From positions 61,442,001 through 61,506,000 of the forward strand of contig NC_092353.1 in NCBI RefSeq assembly GCF_963676685.1: a stretch of 64,000 bases of DNA, read 5' to 3'. Shown piece after piece: positions 1 through 14,588 of this stretch (position 1 is the stretch's first letter; every line of letters starts with the position of its first letter). A model generated the notes under the pieces. The model worked only from the letters and a program-made list of their open reading frames with translations, searched no databases and was not told the origin of the DNA. This DNA is from Mytilus edulis (taxonomy: Eukaryota). The position numbers were made by a program, and so were the translations under genes.

Positions 1-85
1 GCGTGCATACAACTGACTTTCTTGAGTATAAGAGTATAAAATACTAAACTAAAACTATAACTAATTCACAACAGGTATCATTCGG

Positions 86-318
86 TCATTCATTAATACC
101 GTCTTTCTCATCTAGTTCTTTAATTTGCATATGGTTACCCTCCAGCAAAACTTTTTGAATATCTTCCTGCTTCTGTTTCTCTATATCAATTGCTACTATT
201 TTTAGTTTGAATTGTTTCACCCGGAAACACAGAGCCTCATTCTCCTTTTTTAATATCATATTTTCCTTTTGAAACATTGCTGTCTCCCTATCCTTTTGAT
301 TGATTTTCTCAATATACA
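86..318 (-). CDS. Probable last coding exon of a B-box/coiled-coil protein
   Basis: Preceded on the minus strand by CTAAT, a pyrimidine tract and CAG (319-320). Phase 1, open to TGA at 86. K/E/Q-rich helical sequence homologous to the three upstream exons. Confidence 0.55.
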
Positions 319-1270
319 CTGATACAACAATAAAAAAGTATAAATTAGACATGTTTCTATATTCTTAAATTTTGCATTTTGCATTGAATTTTTGTTGGTA
401 TTTCTTTTTCAATTACTCTTATATAAAAAAAAGAAGATGTGGTATGATTGCAATAAGACAACTTTTCACAAGAGACTTATCATGATCACGAACTTTGAAG
501 GAACAGATATTTCAAACAATGTTTATTTATTCATAATGAGTGTCGAGAACCACAATGCATTATTGAAAGACTTTGTTCTGATGATATGTTATGTTCTTGT
601 CCAGTTTATCTACTATTTAAATCGTTTAAGTACACATAATAGTATATGACAAGCTGAAACATGTCAATTATCTATTATTTGTTTATAAAAATAATGATTC
701 GTAAACAACTCTGTACCCTTTTAAATTTCTTACATATATATGTATTGTTGAAGAAATATTAAGCTTAATCTAATTCTTTGTTAGATAAAAATGAGTTAAA
801 TGTGGAAAAAGTTAATTTTAGAACACAATCATAAAATGTATTGTATCTTTAACAGTGTTTTATCAAAATACATTTTTTTATTCTGTTCATTGAAAAGAAA
901 TTCATACTCTTATTTCGAAAAAGAGCTCTATTTAATGTCTACTTTGATACTTAAGTGATTAGATTATAACACATGTTGACCGCTGTACCTCAATTTTTGA
1001 CATTTCTACCCATTATGAATGTTGTTTTGTTCCCACATTAGTGTCAATATAATGGAACTTAATGAAACTGTCATACACGTGCAAGGTTTAGCTGGTTTTA
1101 AAACTAAGTTTAATTGGCCATTTTCTACACAAGGAAATATCTGTACCAAATCAGAAATATGACCATTGTTTTCCATTCTTTTGATATAATTTAACCTTTG
1201 ATTTTGCCATTTGATAAGGGACTTTCTAATTTTGAAATTTCCATGGAGTTCAATATTTTTGTTATTTTAC

Positions 1271-1393
1271 TTTCTAGTTGATTTTCCTTTACACACAGAG
1301 CCTTTTCCGATTTCGAAATCTTCTCTTTGAATCTTGTAATTTCATTTCGAAGCATTTCTATCTCTTCCATTTGCATTATTTTCTTTTTGAAGT
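1271..1393 (-). CDS. Internal coiled-coil exon (123 nt, phase 1-1)
   Basis: CAG acceptor at 1394-1395, GTAAAA donor at 1270. Reads DFKKKIMQMEEIEMLRNEITRFKEKISKSEKALCVKENQLE. Confidence 0.5.
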
Positions 1394-3231
1394 CTGCTAA
1401 AATAATAAAAAGGTATAAATTAGACATGTTTCTATTTTCTTAAATTGTACATTGGCGAATCCAGAAGATGTGGTATGATTGCAACAAGACAACTTTTCAC
1501 AAGAGACTTATCATGATCACGAACTTTGAAGGAACAGATATTTCAATCAATATTTATTTATTCATAATGAGTTTTGAGAACCAAAATACATTATTGAAAG
1601 ACTTTGTTCTGATGATATGTTATGTTCTTGTCCAGTTTATCTACTATAATAATTTTAATCGTTTAAGTACACATAATAGTATATGACAGGCTGAAACTTG
1701 TCAATTATCTATTATTTGTTTATATTTTATAACGTTTTACAAAACTTAGTAAGTTTTGTCAGATTTATATTTTATCAACTGCAGTAAAATAATGATTCGT
1801 AAACAACTCTGTACTCTTTTAAATTTCTTACATATATATGTATTGTTGTAGAAATATTAAGCTTAATCTAATTCTTTGTTTGATAAACATGATTTAGTTG
1901 TGGAAAAAGTTAATTTTAGAACACAATCATTCTTTTGATGAAAATGAACTTAATTATGTAATAAACGTCTTGTCCCTTTCTAAAATTTCCTTGGAAGATA
2001 CGTATACCTTGTTGAGGAACATTCCGTATCAACTTCAAAAATAATACAAAATGGTTTTCGGTACAGATTCTAGGTACTGACGTTGTTTATTATCTCAATT
2101 CTGTATTATAGTGTTATATCCTTTTTGCGGTGCTCGGTATTTAAACAAACCACCATTGTGTTATTGTGCCACGGTAATTTTATATCTTCTTGTCTTTCCT
2201 TTTTGTTTATATGCTTTGTCTAAACTCCGTTTAGTTTTTGTTTGTTGACAAAGATGTTTGTTTTTATAGGGATTAATATTATAACAAAATTTTGTCTGCT
2301 GCTGTAACCTATTTTAAATATTTTTACCTTTTATATTTGATTGCTTTGCTCTCACATTGTTGTCAAAATAATGAAAATGCTATGCGATTGTAATACAAGT
2401 GAAAGGTGAAGCTAGCGATAAAACCAGGTTTAATCTACAAAGTCAGGAATATGACAGTTGTTTTCCATTCTTTTGATGTGTTTGAGCTTTTGATTTTGCC
2501 ATTTGATAAGGGACTTTCGGTTTTAAATTTTCTTTGGAGCTTTTATTTTTGTTATTGTACCTTCGGATAAATTTCACGCGACGTAGCTTTTACACTTAAT
2601 CAGGTTAAATCAAAATCCTCTTTTAAATGACAGGGTATTAGGTTTCAGTCTTTGTCTTTTTAAATGCTTGTATAATTATGAAGAACATTTTTTTGTATAT
2701 CATAAGGACATTTAATCAGACATTTTTTAGTCTGAAATTTAAACCAAGGGAAAGTTTACAAATCACGGGGTCAACATTATTTGCCACAAAAATGTATTGC
2801 ATTTTTAACAGTGCTTTATCAAAAAACATTTTTTATTATGTTCATTAAAAAGAAATTCATACATTTATTTCGAGAAAGAGCTCTATTGTATTGAATGTCT
2901 ACTTTGAAACTTAAGTGATTAGATTATAACACATGTTGACCGCTGTACCTCAATTTTTGACATTTCTACTCATTATGAATGTTTGTTTTGTTCCCACATT
3001 TGTGTCAACATAATGGAATTTAATGAAACTGTCATACACGTGCAAGGTTTAGCTGGTTTTAAAACTAAGTTTAATTGGTCATTTTCTACACAAGGAAATA
3101 TCTGTACCAAATCAGAAATATGACCATTGTTTTCCATTCTTTTGATATAATTTAACCTTTGAGTTTGCCATTTGATAAGGGACTTTCTAATTTTGAAATT
3201 TCCATGGAGTTCAATATTTTCGTTATTTTAC

Positions 3232-3369
3232 TTTTTTGTTGTTGTGTAAATTTTTCTTCCTTTACACGCAGAGCCTTCTTCGATTCTTCATCCTTATCTT
3301 TGAATATGTTATTCTCCTTTTGAAGCATTTCTATCACTTGTTCCATTTCCTTTATTTTCTTATCGTAGT
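3232..3369 (-). CDS. Internal coiled-coil exon (138 nt, phase 1-1)
   Basis: CAG acceptor at 3370-3371, GTAAAA donor at 3231. Open frame DYDKKIKEMEQVIEMLQKENN...FTQQQK. Confidence 0.5.
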
Positions 3370-5247
3370 CTGGTAAAATAATAAAGAGGTATTAATTAGA
3401 CATGTTTCTATTTTCTTAAATTGTACATTGGCGAATCCAGAAGATGTGGTATGATTGCAACAAGACAACTTTTCACGAGAGACTTATCATGATCACGAAC
3501 TTTGAAGGAACAGATATTTCAAACAATATTTATTTATTCATAATGAGTTTCGAGAACCAAAATACATTATTGAAAGACTTTGTTCTGATGATATGTTATG
3601 TTCTCGTCCAGTTTATCTACTATAATAATTTTAATCGTTTAAGTACACATAATAGTATATGAGAGGCTGACACTTGTTAATTATCTATTTTTTGTTTATA
3701 TTTTATAACATTTTACAAAACTTAGTAAGTTTTGTCAGATTTACAAAACTTAGTAAGTTTTGTCAGATTTAGTAAGTTTTGTCAGATTTATATTTTATCA
3801 ACTACAGTAAAAATAATGATTCGTAAACAACTCTGTACCCTTTTAAATTTCTTACATATATATGTATTGTTGTAGAAATATTAAGCTTAATCTAATTCTT
3901 TGTTTGATAAAAATGATTTAGTTGTGGAAAAAGTTAATTTGAGAACACAATCATTCCTTTGATGAAAATAAACTTAATTATGTCATAAACGTCTTGTCCC
4001 TTTCTAAAATTTCCTTGGAAGATACTTATACCTTGTTGAGAAACATTCCGTTTCAACTTCAAAAATAATACAAAATGGTTTTCAGTACAGATTTTAGGTA
4101 CGGACGTTGTTTATTATCTCAATTCTGTATTATAGTGTTATATCCTTTTTGCGGTGCTCGGTATTTAAACAAACCACCATTGTGTTATCGTGCCACGGTA
4201 ATTTTATGTCTTCTTGTCTTTCCTTTTTGTTTATATGCTTTGTCTAAACTCCGTTTAGTTTTTGTTTGTTGACAAAGATGTTTGTTTTTATAGTGATTAA
4301 TAACAAAATTTTGTCTGCTGCTGTAACCTATTTTGAATATTTTTACCTTTTATATTTGATTGTTTTGCTCTCACATTGTTGTCAAAATAATGAAAATGCT
4401 ATGCGATTGTAATACAAGTGAAAGGTGAAGCTAGCGATAAAACCAGGTTTAATCTACAAAGTCAGGAATATGACAGTTGTTTTCCATTCTTTTGATGTGT
4501 TTGAGCTTTTGATTTTGCCATTTGATAAGGGACTTTCGGTTTTTAATTTTCTTTGGAGCTTTTATTTTTGTTATTGTACCTTCGGATGAATTTCACGCAA
4601 CGTAGCTTTTACACTTAATCAGGTTAAATCTTTTGAAATGACAGGGTATTAGGTTTCAGTCTTTGTCTTTTTAAAAAAATGCTTGTATAATTATGAAGAA
4701 CATTTTTTTGTATATCATAAGGACATTTAATCAGACAATTTTTAGTCTGAAATTTAAACCAAGGAAAAGTTTACAAATCACGGGGTCAACATTATTTGCC
4801 ACACAAATGTATTGTATCTTTAACAGTGTTTTATCAAAATACATTTTTATTATGTTCATTAGAAAGAAATCCATACTTATATTTCGTGAAAGAGCTCTAT
4901 TGAATGTCTACTTTGATACTTAAGTGATTAGATTATAACACATGTTGACCGCTGTACCTCAATTTTTGACATTTCTATTTCTATTTCCATTATGAATGTT
5001 TGTTTTGTTCCTTCATTAGTGTCAATATAATGGAATTTAATGAAACTGTCATACACGTGCAAGGTTTAGCTGGTTTTAAAACTAAGTTTAATTGGCCATT
5101 TTCTACACAAGGAAATATCTGTACCAAATCAGAAATATGACCATTGTTTTCCATTCTTTTGATATAATTTAACCTTTGATTTTGCCATTTGATAAGGGAC
5201 TTTCTAATTTTGAAATTTCCATGGAGTTCAAAATTTTGTTATTTTAC

Positions 5248-5385
5248 TTTTTTTTTGTTGTGTAAATTCTTCTTCCTTGACACGCAGAGCCTTTTTCGAT
5301 TCCTCATCCTTCTCTTTGAATATTTTATTCTCCTTTTGAAGCATTTCTATCACTTGTTCCATTTGCTTGATTTTCTTATCGTAGT
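5248..5385 (-). CDS. Internal coiled-coil exon (138 nt, phase 1-1)
   Basis: CAG acceptor at 5386-5387, GTAAAA donor at 5247. Open frame DYDKKIKQMEQVIEMLQKENK...FTQQKK. Confidence 0.5.
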
Positions 5386-5550
5386 CTGGTAAAATAATAA
5401 AAAGGTATAAATTAGACATGTTTCTATTTTCTTAAATTGTACATTGGCGAATCCAAAAAAATGGATTCCACTTATTGTCAATCACCTAAAGAAACTAACA
5501 ACCACATAAAAATCAAACGTTTATCCCTTCCCCCGATCCCGTCCCCAAAT

Positions 5551-7268
5551 AAAACTTGAGGTTCTAAAGAGCCTGTGTCGCTCACCTTGGTCTTGTGCAT
5601 ATTAAACAATGGACACAGATAAATTCATGACATAATTGTGTTTTGGTGATGGTGATGTGTTTGTAGATCTTACTTTACTGAACATTCTTGTTGCTACAAT
5701 TATCTCTATAATGAACTTGGCCCAGTAATTACAGTGGAAAATATTTTCTAAAATTTTACAAAAATTTATGAAAAATGTTAAAAATTAACTATAAGGGGTC
5801 AATTGACTATTTTGGTCATGAAAACTTATTTGTAGATCTTATTTTTCTGAACGTTATTGCTGTATAAAGTTTATCTCTATCTATATTAACAGTTACCTAA
5901 CAACGGGTTGTCTGATCCATGTGAAAACATCAGGGCAGATAGATCTTGACCTGATAAACAATTAAACCCTGTCAGATTTTCTCTTAATGCTTGGGTTTTT
6001 GAGTTATAAGCCAAAAACTGCATTTTACCCCTATGTTCTATTATTAGCCGTGGCAGCCATTTTGGTTGATTGGCCAGGTCACGCCACACATTTTTTAAAC
6101 AAGTTACCCCAATGATGACTGTGGCCAAGTTTGGTTTAATTTGGCCCAGTAGTTTCAGAGGAGAAGATTTTTGTAAAAGATTACTAAGATTTACGAAAAA
6201 ATGGTTAAAATTGACTATAAAGGGCAATTACTCCTTCAGTGGTCAACTGACCATTTTGGTCATGCTGACTTATTTGTAAATCTTACTTTGCTGAACATTA
6301 TTGCTGTTTACAGTTTATCACTATCTATATAATATTCAAGATAATAATCAAAAACAGCAAAATTTCCTCAGATCACCAATTCAGGGGCAGCAACCTAACA
6401 ACAGGTTGTCCGATTCATCTGAAAATTTCAGGACAGATAGATCTTGACCTGATAAACACTTTTACCAATGGCAGATTTGCTCTAAATGCTTTGGTTTTTG
6501 AGTTATAAGCCAAAAACTGCATTTTACCCCTATGTTCTATTTTTAGCCATGGCGGCCATCTTGGTTGGTTGGCCGGGTCACGCCACACATTTTTTAAACT
6601 ACATATCCCAAAGATGATTGTGGCCAAGTTTGGATTAATTTGGCCCAGTAGTTTCAGAGGAGAAGAATTTTGTAAAAGATTACTAAGATTTACGAAAAAT
6701 GGTTAAAAATTGACTATAAAGGTCAATAACTCCTAAAGGGGTCAACTGATCATTTTGGTCATGTGACTTATTTGTAAATCTTACTTTGCTGAACATAATT
6801 GCTGTTTACAGTTTATCTCTATCTATAATAATATTCAAGATAATAACCAAAAACAGCAAAAATTCCCTTAAATTACCAGTTCAGGGACAGCAACCCAACA
6901 ACGGGTTGTCGGATTCATCTGAAAATTTGGGGACAGATAGATCTTGACCTGATAAACATTTTTATCCATGTCAGATTTGCTCTAAATGCTTTGGTGTTTG
7001 AGTTATAAGCCAAAAACTGCATTTTACCCGTATGTTCTATTTTTAGCCATGGCGGCCATCTTGGTTGGTTGGCCGGGTCACGCCACACATTTTTTAAACT
7101 AGATACCCCAATGATGATTGTGGCCAAGTTTGGTTTAATTTGGCCCAGTAGTTTCAGAGGAGAAGATTTTTGTAAAAGTTAACGACGACGGACGACGACG
7201 ACGACGGACGACGGACGCCAAGTGATGGGAAAAGCTCACATGGCCCTTCGTGCCAGGTGAGCTAAAAA
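5551..7268 (-). mobile_element. Non-autonomous Helentron/HINE (Pearl-like) element with about three internal 500-bp tandem repeats
   Basis: GAGTTATAAGCCAAAAACTGC recurs at about 6001, 6500 and 7000. (GAC/GGAC)n microsatellite at 7183-7217. Terminal hairpin AAAAGCTCAC...GTGAGCTAAAAA and subterminal GCTCACCT at the other end. Confidence 0.7.
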
Positions 7269-10200
7269 GAATAATCTGTTCTTGCGATTTTAGATTTGCA
7301 CATACTTTTTATAACAATTACCTTCTAAGAATTCAAATCGCATCAATGATCCTTCTGGTTCGAATTTTTTCAGAGGTGTAATGATTTTACTTTAATTAAT
7401 GATGTACTTAAGTGTTCTAAGGTAACATTAAATAAATCAAGAACTTAATACTTTAAGCTGGAAACGTATTAGTTCAGAATTCAAATAAGCTAATAATAAT
7501 GATAGGTCATGGAGCTCCTTTTCGGATAGTTGATTTATGAAATATGGCAGGAAAAGGATGACTCGGACTTTTACCTTATTTTTTTATTGGTATTAATTGG
7601 GTCTCAAATCAAAAGAAAGAAAATTAAGAATCTGCTAAAATTTTGTCAAATGACCTTTTATAAGCTATTAAGTTTTATGTTAAAAGATAAATAGGTATTA
7701 TGAGGCAAAATATTTTACCTTGTATTGTATGGAAAAAAAACCAAGAAGTCCGAACATTTGACACGTATTCTAAAACCTCGCCTAAGAAAATCCTTAAATA
7801 TTTTTCAATTATCCTTAGGATGAGCAAGGACTTTAAAGTTACAGATATATTAAAGGATATTTTAATTATCTATAATGAGTTTTGAGATCCAAAATAAATT
7901 ATTGAACATACTTTGTGGAGATTGAATGTTATATTCTCGTCTATCGTATTTACTTTTAAAACATTATTAGCTGACATCAAAGTATATTACAAGCTGTAAC
8001 TTGTTCAATATCTATCAATTGACGACAGACTTTACAAGTGATTCTTAAAAAACCCCAACATAACTTTAAAAAAATTCATATTTTGTGTTTGTTTATCTTC
8101 AACGTCTGACAAATATATATTTAATAAGCATTTTTTGAATTCTACCTGTCAACTGAATTGACAATTATTCATAAGGTGACCAAAATGCAGAAAAGTACAT
8201 AATAATTTAAAGGATGCTCAAAAGTTTGTAGACATATTTGTCTTTTAATATACAACTGGCATATATGGATCATAATGGCGCTATGTGGATGAATTTTATC
8301 TGTTTTCAAGAAGTAAATTGGTAGCGCTTCATTTTTATAAGTACGAAACTTCCAGTGTATGATATCAAAAGTCATGGAATATTTCAAGGGATTTTATAAA
8401 TCATATTCAATGGTTGGAAATATTCAGTCCCATTAGGTCCGTACTTCGATGTACGTTTGTCATTTTATTGGAAATCTCTACTGAGCTTTTTAATCGACAT
8501 ACAAAACATACATGTATCAATAACATGCAATGAGTTACATAACACAGTACAAAGCCATATAAACATGGTGGTTATAAGCATGCTAGGATACATATTAATG
8601 CTAAAAGCATAGTAGGTATTTAAGCTCAAAGAATATTTTCTCGATGCGTTGAATACCTATTGGTGGACTTCGGCTGTTATCTGCTCTTTGGTTGGGTTGT
8701 TGTCTCTTTGATATATTCCCCAAATCCATTTCCAGATTTAGGTACTAAAGCTAAAAGCATACTAGGTACATGTATTAAATCTAAAGTCATATAAATTGTA
8801 AACTAAGCATGATCAACAAACTGGTAAAATACATAGCATAAAATAATAAAAATTGGATATGATCTAAATAGCAAAATTTAACATAAAATACTAATTAATA
8901 ATTTGTACACTTATAGACATTTCCATTCTATGACTTTTAAAATATTTTTTCACATAACATTAGCAATTTCTATTATATTATTTTTAGGTAGACAATACCA
9001 TTCATTATACTTCATGTTAAAATGAAATATTTTGATTGGCTAATACGAGGGTGTTAGTTTACTATATCACATGACTGAGCGGGTGACCATTTTATTGAAT
9101 GTTTCCCTCTCGTCCGAACCAGTCAAAAATCGATAATTTAAAGGACAAAAAAAATTGAATTTACATCAAGAAATTAAATACAATGCTTACGTTCTACGTT
9201 TTTGTGCAGATCTTATTATTTGACTGTCAAAATACAATATTAATCATCTTGCCTCACTTTTGTTGTTTTTTTCTAATACCCATAACGTTGTGCATTCGTG
9301 TCGCCATAGAAAATACTTTTAGATAAAATTAATCTGTAAAAGACACTAATGATTGAACATTCAGTATAATATTCAGTATAATAAATTAGATAACACATAG
9401 CTGAGAGGGTGATAGAGCGAATTGGTACCTTGGCTTCGCGATTGATAATGTTTTCTAACAATCTACTTGATCAACCTTTCAGCTATGTGTTATTTATATA
9501 GAAATAGCTGTACATTTATAAGAGTTCTTACCATAAGCGGATGTTCGAACGCTAGGTATATCTAAAATATTAGAATATCTAAATTATATTACAATCTTGC
9601 AATACAAGTGTTTACAGTTTATGAATATTACAATATTTCTTCAGCTACTTATTTTCCTATTTCGCTCAGATTTTTTCCTTCTGATTTCTATAGTTGAAAA
9701 CGCCATCGAAATTCATTAAATTTACCAGTGGTTGATGTAAGACGCCTTACCTGTACATTAAAGTGTCTGAGCAGAAAGTTGATAAACCAGTTCTGTAATA
9801 ACGTCTCGTTCTTTTTCTAGGAAGCTTTCATCGAAAGATACCAAGAACATCTTGATAAATATTTCAAAAATAGTACAAGACGTTCTTCAAGTATATATTC
9901 TAGGTACTAACGCTGTTTATCATCTTGATTACGTGATACAGCGTTGTGATTTTATCATTACTTTTTAGTTTATGTTTTTGGTAATATCCTTGAAAATGAC
10001 TCAGTATTCATACATCCCGCCATTGTGGTATTGTGCTAGTCATGTTTTGTATTCTGGTTTTGTCCTTTGTCTATTTACCATTTTGTTTTTATTTGTTGAA
10101 ATAGTTATTTTTTGTTCAAGTGATTCCGATCATAACCCTAATTCTTTAATTGTTTTACCTATCATGTCTGTTTTTTGCTCAATAACAGACATTTTATACG

Positions 10201-10425
10201 ATCACCATTTGTTTTAAGTTCGGTATTTTTGTTAAGTTCACTTAATTTAAGTTTGGTGATACATTATCTATTTAAAAATTGTTTGAATTCAACAACATAT
10301 GGACAAAACAGACATAACTATTTTGAATGTTAAAAATTGGGAAACAGCAGCCTTGTGCTATGATCGTAATCACTGTAAATACAAAACCATTTCAAAAATG
10401 ACAAACAAAAAGGCATATAGACATT

Positions 10426-11442
10426 TATGGCAAGCCGTTCTCGCCAAAACTATGTTTAAACCATTTTTCGAAAAAAATACACACTGAGAATTGAAAATTA
10501 CACAATGAGATTTCAAAAAGACACACTGAGATGAAATAAACTGAAAAACACACACCGAGAATTTGAAATTACACACTGAGATTTGTGCTCACTTTTTTTA
10601 TGCATATATTTAATTAGCATACTTAATCTGAATCTATTACAAGCTTGAAACCACTAAATGACAGAACTCGTTTAATTTGGCCCTAAAGGTTGTATACAAA
10701 AACACTCAAAATACAACATATAGAAAAGCTACGTTATTAACAATGATTAAAGACCTATAGAACAAGAAAAATACACACTGGCTCTCATTACAAAATATAA
10801 CCAAATGGTGAAAAACTTTTTTAAAATTATAAGAAAACATTGGAACAAGCTGCAAAAAAACAAACAATACAGTGAATTTTTTCCCAAAGTGGCTTTTTTA
10901 GCATATATACGTAACACAAATATAAAAGATTACCTTGCGAAATCAGGATAACAGTTGAAAGACTTTTGAAAAGGGACCATGTTTAAACTGTTTTAAGTTA
11001 AAAAAAAAAATCCCGATATACGGTTAATGATAATCATCTGAATTATAGGCAACAATCTTATTAATATGAGTTAGCAAAAAAAGTTGTTATGTCTTGAAAT
11101 TTATAACGAATGTTGGTTATAGGAACCGCATTCATTATTATGACAAGAGTTCGGAAAACCAAGATATTAATCTGTTGAATTATTCATCTCAGGTATATTC
11201 ATTAGTAATTTGCATATTAATCTCAGTGTGTATTTTTGAAATCTCATTGTGTAAATTTAACTTCTCAGTGTGTGTTTTTCAATTTATTACAGTGTGCAAT
11301 TTGACAATGTCAGTGTTTAATTTCGATTTCTTAGTGTGTTATTTTACGTTCTTAAATCTCAGTGTGATTTTTTAAATTCTCAGTGTGTAATTTTTTCGAA
11401 AAAATGGTTTAAACATAGTTTTGACGAGAACGGCTTGCCATA
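10426..11442. mobile_element. Non-autonomous IS3EU-like DNA transposon
   Basis: TIRs of about 65 bp starting TATGGCAAGCCGTTCTCG. 6-bp TSD GACATT (10420-10425 and 11443-11448). Subterminal ~22-bp repeats (ACACACTGAGA). TAYGG termini with a 6-bp TSD match IS3EU. Confidence 0.85.
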
Positions 11443-11586
11443 GACATTCTATAGTAAAAGCACGTACTAGGCAAAATGGAAAAACAAGAAAACAAATAAA
11501 TAGCACAGTAATACAACAACGCCAAATGGAGATTAGAAAAAAATGAACAAAACAGTAAGATTAAAGATATATGATGCCAATATTAT

Positions 11587-11740
11587 ACAATTACTGTCTT
11601 TTGATGAGGTAAATGTGTGGTTTTATTGACTTTAGAAAAAAACTGATATTCACTGAGGCGAACGGCCGAAGTGAATGTCACTAGGTTTTTCAAAAGTCAA
11701 TAAAAGCCACATATTTACCGAAACAAAAGACAGTAATTGT
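11587..11740. repeat. Imperfect ~154-bp palindrome (Crypton/MITE-like)
   Basis: ACAATTACTGTCTTTTG...CAAAAGACAGTAATTGT arms. A similar palindrome is at 9391-9492 (TAACACATAGCTGA...TCAGCTATGTGTTA). Confidence 0.7.
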
Positions 11741-12713
11741 TTTATCCCATGTTCCGAGAGAAAAAAATATGTTTGAAATAACAGTTATTTACCAAAACCA
11801 ACTAAACGTCAAACATTGTATCGTTATCATACACGTAAAAACACGTGACGTTTTGTGCGTTGAATATTATACTTTTCCACAGGTGAATATACTTATTTAT
11901 TCAAAACCGCATTCATATAGAAAAACCTACTAAATTTTATCAATATGGAATAATCTATTTAAGTTGCTTTCAAGTGATATTTTGTTCTTAAGTATCCTCT
12001 AGCCTGGCTATATAACCTAATAATTTCTTTTTTTCTGATCTTTTCTGGATTGGATACACTAAAGTTCCAAGTTGAAACGGTTTGGAACCGTATAAACTTA
12101 AGAATCTGAGTAATTATCCATGGTCTTTTCAAAATTGTTCACATGTTAAATGCATTGATGTTTCAAGGATTTCAAAAATCCATAGATTCTGCATTATCGG
12201 ATAAAACTTGACATTTATCTTTTGCAAACTGTATTTATCTTTTTAAACTTTATATTGTTTGTATGTGTTGAGCGTTAAAAAAATTATTTAATTATTTTTA
12301 TGTTCACACTCTATTTTAGTTGCTTTTGAGCGATTTTTTTAGATTTATTATCCCCAAGCGTTGCCCTGTACCAAGTCAGGAAAATGGCCATTGTTACATT
12401 ATAGTTCGTTTCTGTATGTGTTACGTCTCGGTGTTGTGTCTCTGTTGTGTCGTAGTTCTCTTATATTTGATACGTTTCCCACGTTTTAGTTTGTAACTCT
12501 GATTTGTTTTTTCTCTATCGATTTAAGAATTTTGAACAGCAGTATACTACTTTTGCCTTTATCTAGCTATGTAGTGTGGATACTAAATTTATAAGTTCAT
12601 CGTATCTGTTTCTATCTAATCCAATCTGATCTATGATATAACCATATGTTATAAAAATAGTAACTATAGCTTGTATGATGTTTCACCTCTTTTCAAGGTT
12701 TACGTCCAATTTA

Positions 12714-13556
12714 CAATAACCTTGACAAATCTCACTACTAGCCTTGTCAATAGACTGCTCGACTATCTTTTGGGCTTTTTTACTACTTGATTGTCTATTA
12801 TTGTCATTTGTGTCCCAATGAATTCTTTAGAAAACTATTTAGTAACGCTTCGAATACCAGATGATTAGTTTGTTTTGTGTTTAAAGTCCTTTAATTACTT
12901 GATTACTCTTTGTTGCCTAATCTAGTTTGCTAATTGATAACTTGTAACTCAAACGGCATGTTTGTTTCGCGTTGATTTTTTTCGTTTGAACTCTTTCACA
13001 TTTTGTCATGTCGGAGCATTTTATAGCTGTCTAGTCTACACGGTATCGTGAGAACTTGTTAAGCTGAAGGTCGTACGATTATCTATAGTTGCAGTAATCA
13101 GCGTTATGTTGACTCGGTTTGTCTGGGGACGACCACTTACAGATACAGCTGTTCATTGTTGAGGGCCGTATGGTGACTTATTGCTGTTGTTTTCTGTGTC
13201 ATTTTGTCTCTTTGTCTCTTGTGAAGAGTTATCTCGTTAGAAATCATACCACATCTTCTTTATCTTATTCAAATGATTGTTTATTTATAATTCGGACATA
13301 CGATGGATACCAGTATCATGCCCTGTCCAGTTGAACAAATGAAATTTAGCTGTAGGCTTTTTATGATATAACAATGACTTTTCAACTCAATGACGAGTTT
13401 ATACGACCAAGCCAACTAATTATCTGGTATTCAAAGCGTTACCAAAAAGTTTTCCAAAGAATTCATTGGGACACAAACGACAATTATAGACAAGTAGTAG
13501 AAGATAGTCGTGCAGTATATTTGCAAGGCTAGTAGTGAGATTTGTCAAGGTTATTG
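12714..13556. mobile_element. MITE with ~160-bp TIRs and TA flanks (Tc1/mariner-like), with a nested dispersed repeat
   Basis: CAATAACCTTGACAAATCTCACTACTAGCCTTG is inverted at 13525-13556. TA on both sides. Confidence 0.75.
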
Positions 13557-14588
13557 TAACAGTTTTTGCTTTAAAAATACTATCAATGACCTTTTCCGAC
13601 CTATTTCTTATTCATCAATTTCCCTTTGATTTAAAATGACTTTTTATTGTAGCGAAAAGTGATAGACACTAGATTGGCTGAGTTTTTTTTATATGGATAT
13701 ACATCTGTTTATTTTGTGCCCTGTGTCGTTTTTGTAAAGATTCGACACCTTCATTAGAATAGATGAGAGTTATATTTCAATAGAAGCATTTATTAGTTGT
13801 CGAAAATAGGCCGAACTATAAAACCAGGTTCAATCCACCATTTTCTACATTAGAAAATGCCTGTACCAAGTCAGGAATATGATAGTTGTTATCCATTCGT
13901 TTGATGTGTTTGGACTTTTGATTTTGCCTTTTGATTTTGGATTTTCCTTTTTGAATTTTCCTCGGAGTTCAGTATTTTTGTGTTTTTACTTTTTATTGCT
14001 TTTGAAACTGACTGTGATGATTACATAGCTGTTGAGTATTTATATAATTACCTAGTAATACATATATGTAGTTTTATTTTATTTTGCCGTACCCAACATC
14101 GACGTAATATTGCATTTGAATAATATGAACTTTCATAATGACGTTCTATAACTTTAAATTTCTGTGTATATGTAAATCTAAATATGTTTCTTTGCTAATG
14201 GTGAACTTAGTTAAAATATCAAGCTGTTAGTTTATATAATGACTACTATAATCGTAATTGGTATTTAACATTTTTTTGAGCTTTTGCAGTCCTTCTTGAA
14301 GCTTCAAATAAAACATTTATTTGTTTGTGTTTACTTTGACACAAATATACATTAGAATTTGTCCGGCTGTACACGTTTTTACTTTTCCTCCCTTAATAAC
14401 ATATCTTAATTCGTTTTTTTGTAATGGTAATATAAATATACATGAATATTTTAAAAATTTCTACTTTTTGACTCCAGAATCAACGAAATCTATGGATTTT
14501 CTTTTGTGTGACCCATTGTGCGATAGCTCAAAAGCAATACTGTTTAACATTCTTTTAACATTCTTTTAACAAATTTCATACTTCTTAC

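Larger units (their letters stand above)
300..5460. repeat. Tandem segmental duplication: about four units of 1.1-2.0 kb, each carrying one coiled-coil exon
   Basis: Anchor ATTAGACATGTTTCTAT recurs at about 344, 1419, 3395 and 5411. Long near-identical blocks, e.g. 1450-3400 vs 3430-5420. More diverged pieces occur near 7870-8130 and 9790-9930. Confidence 0.93.

Noticed and set aside
392-4923. Repeated plus-strand small ORFs (MWYDCNK..., MVFSTD..., MKNIF...)
   Set aside because: They are translations of a dispersed repeat and duplicated intron sequence. Recurrence reflects recent duplication, not coding constraint.
5886-7127. Three similar minus-strand ORFs
   Set aside because: They are spurious frames in the 500-bp internal tandem repeats of a non-autonomous element.
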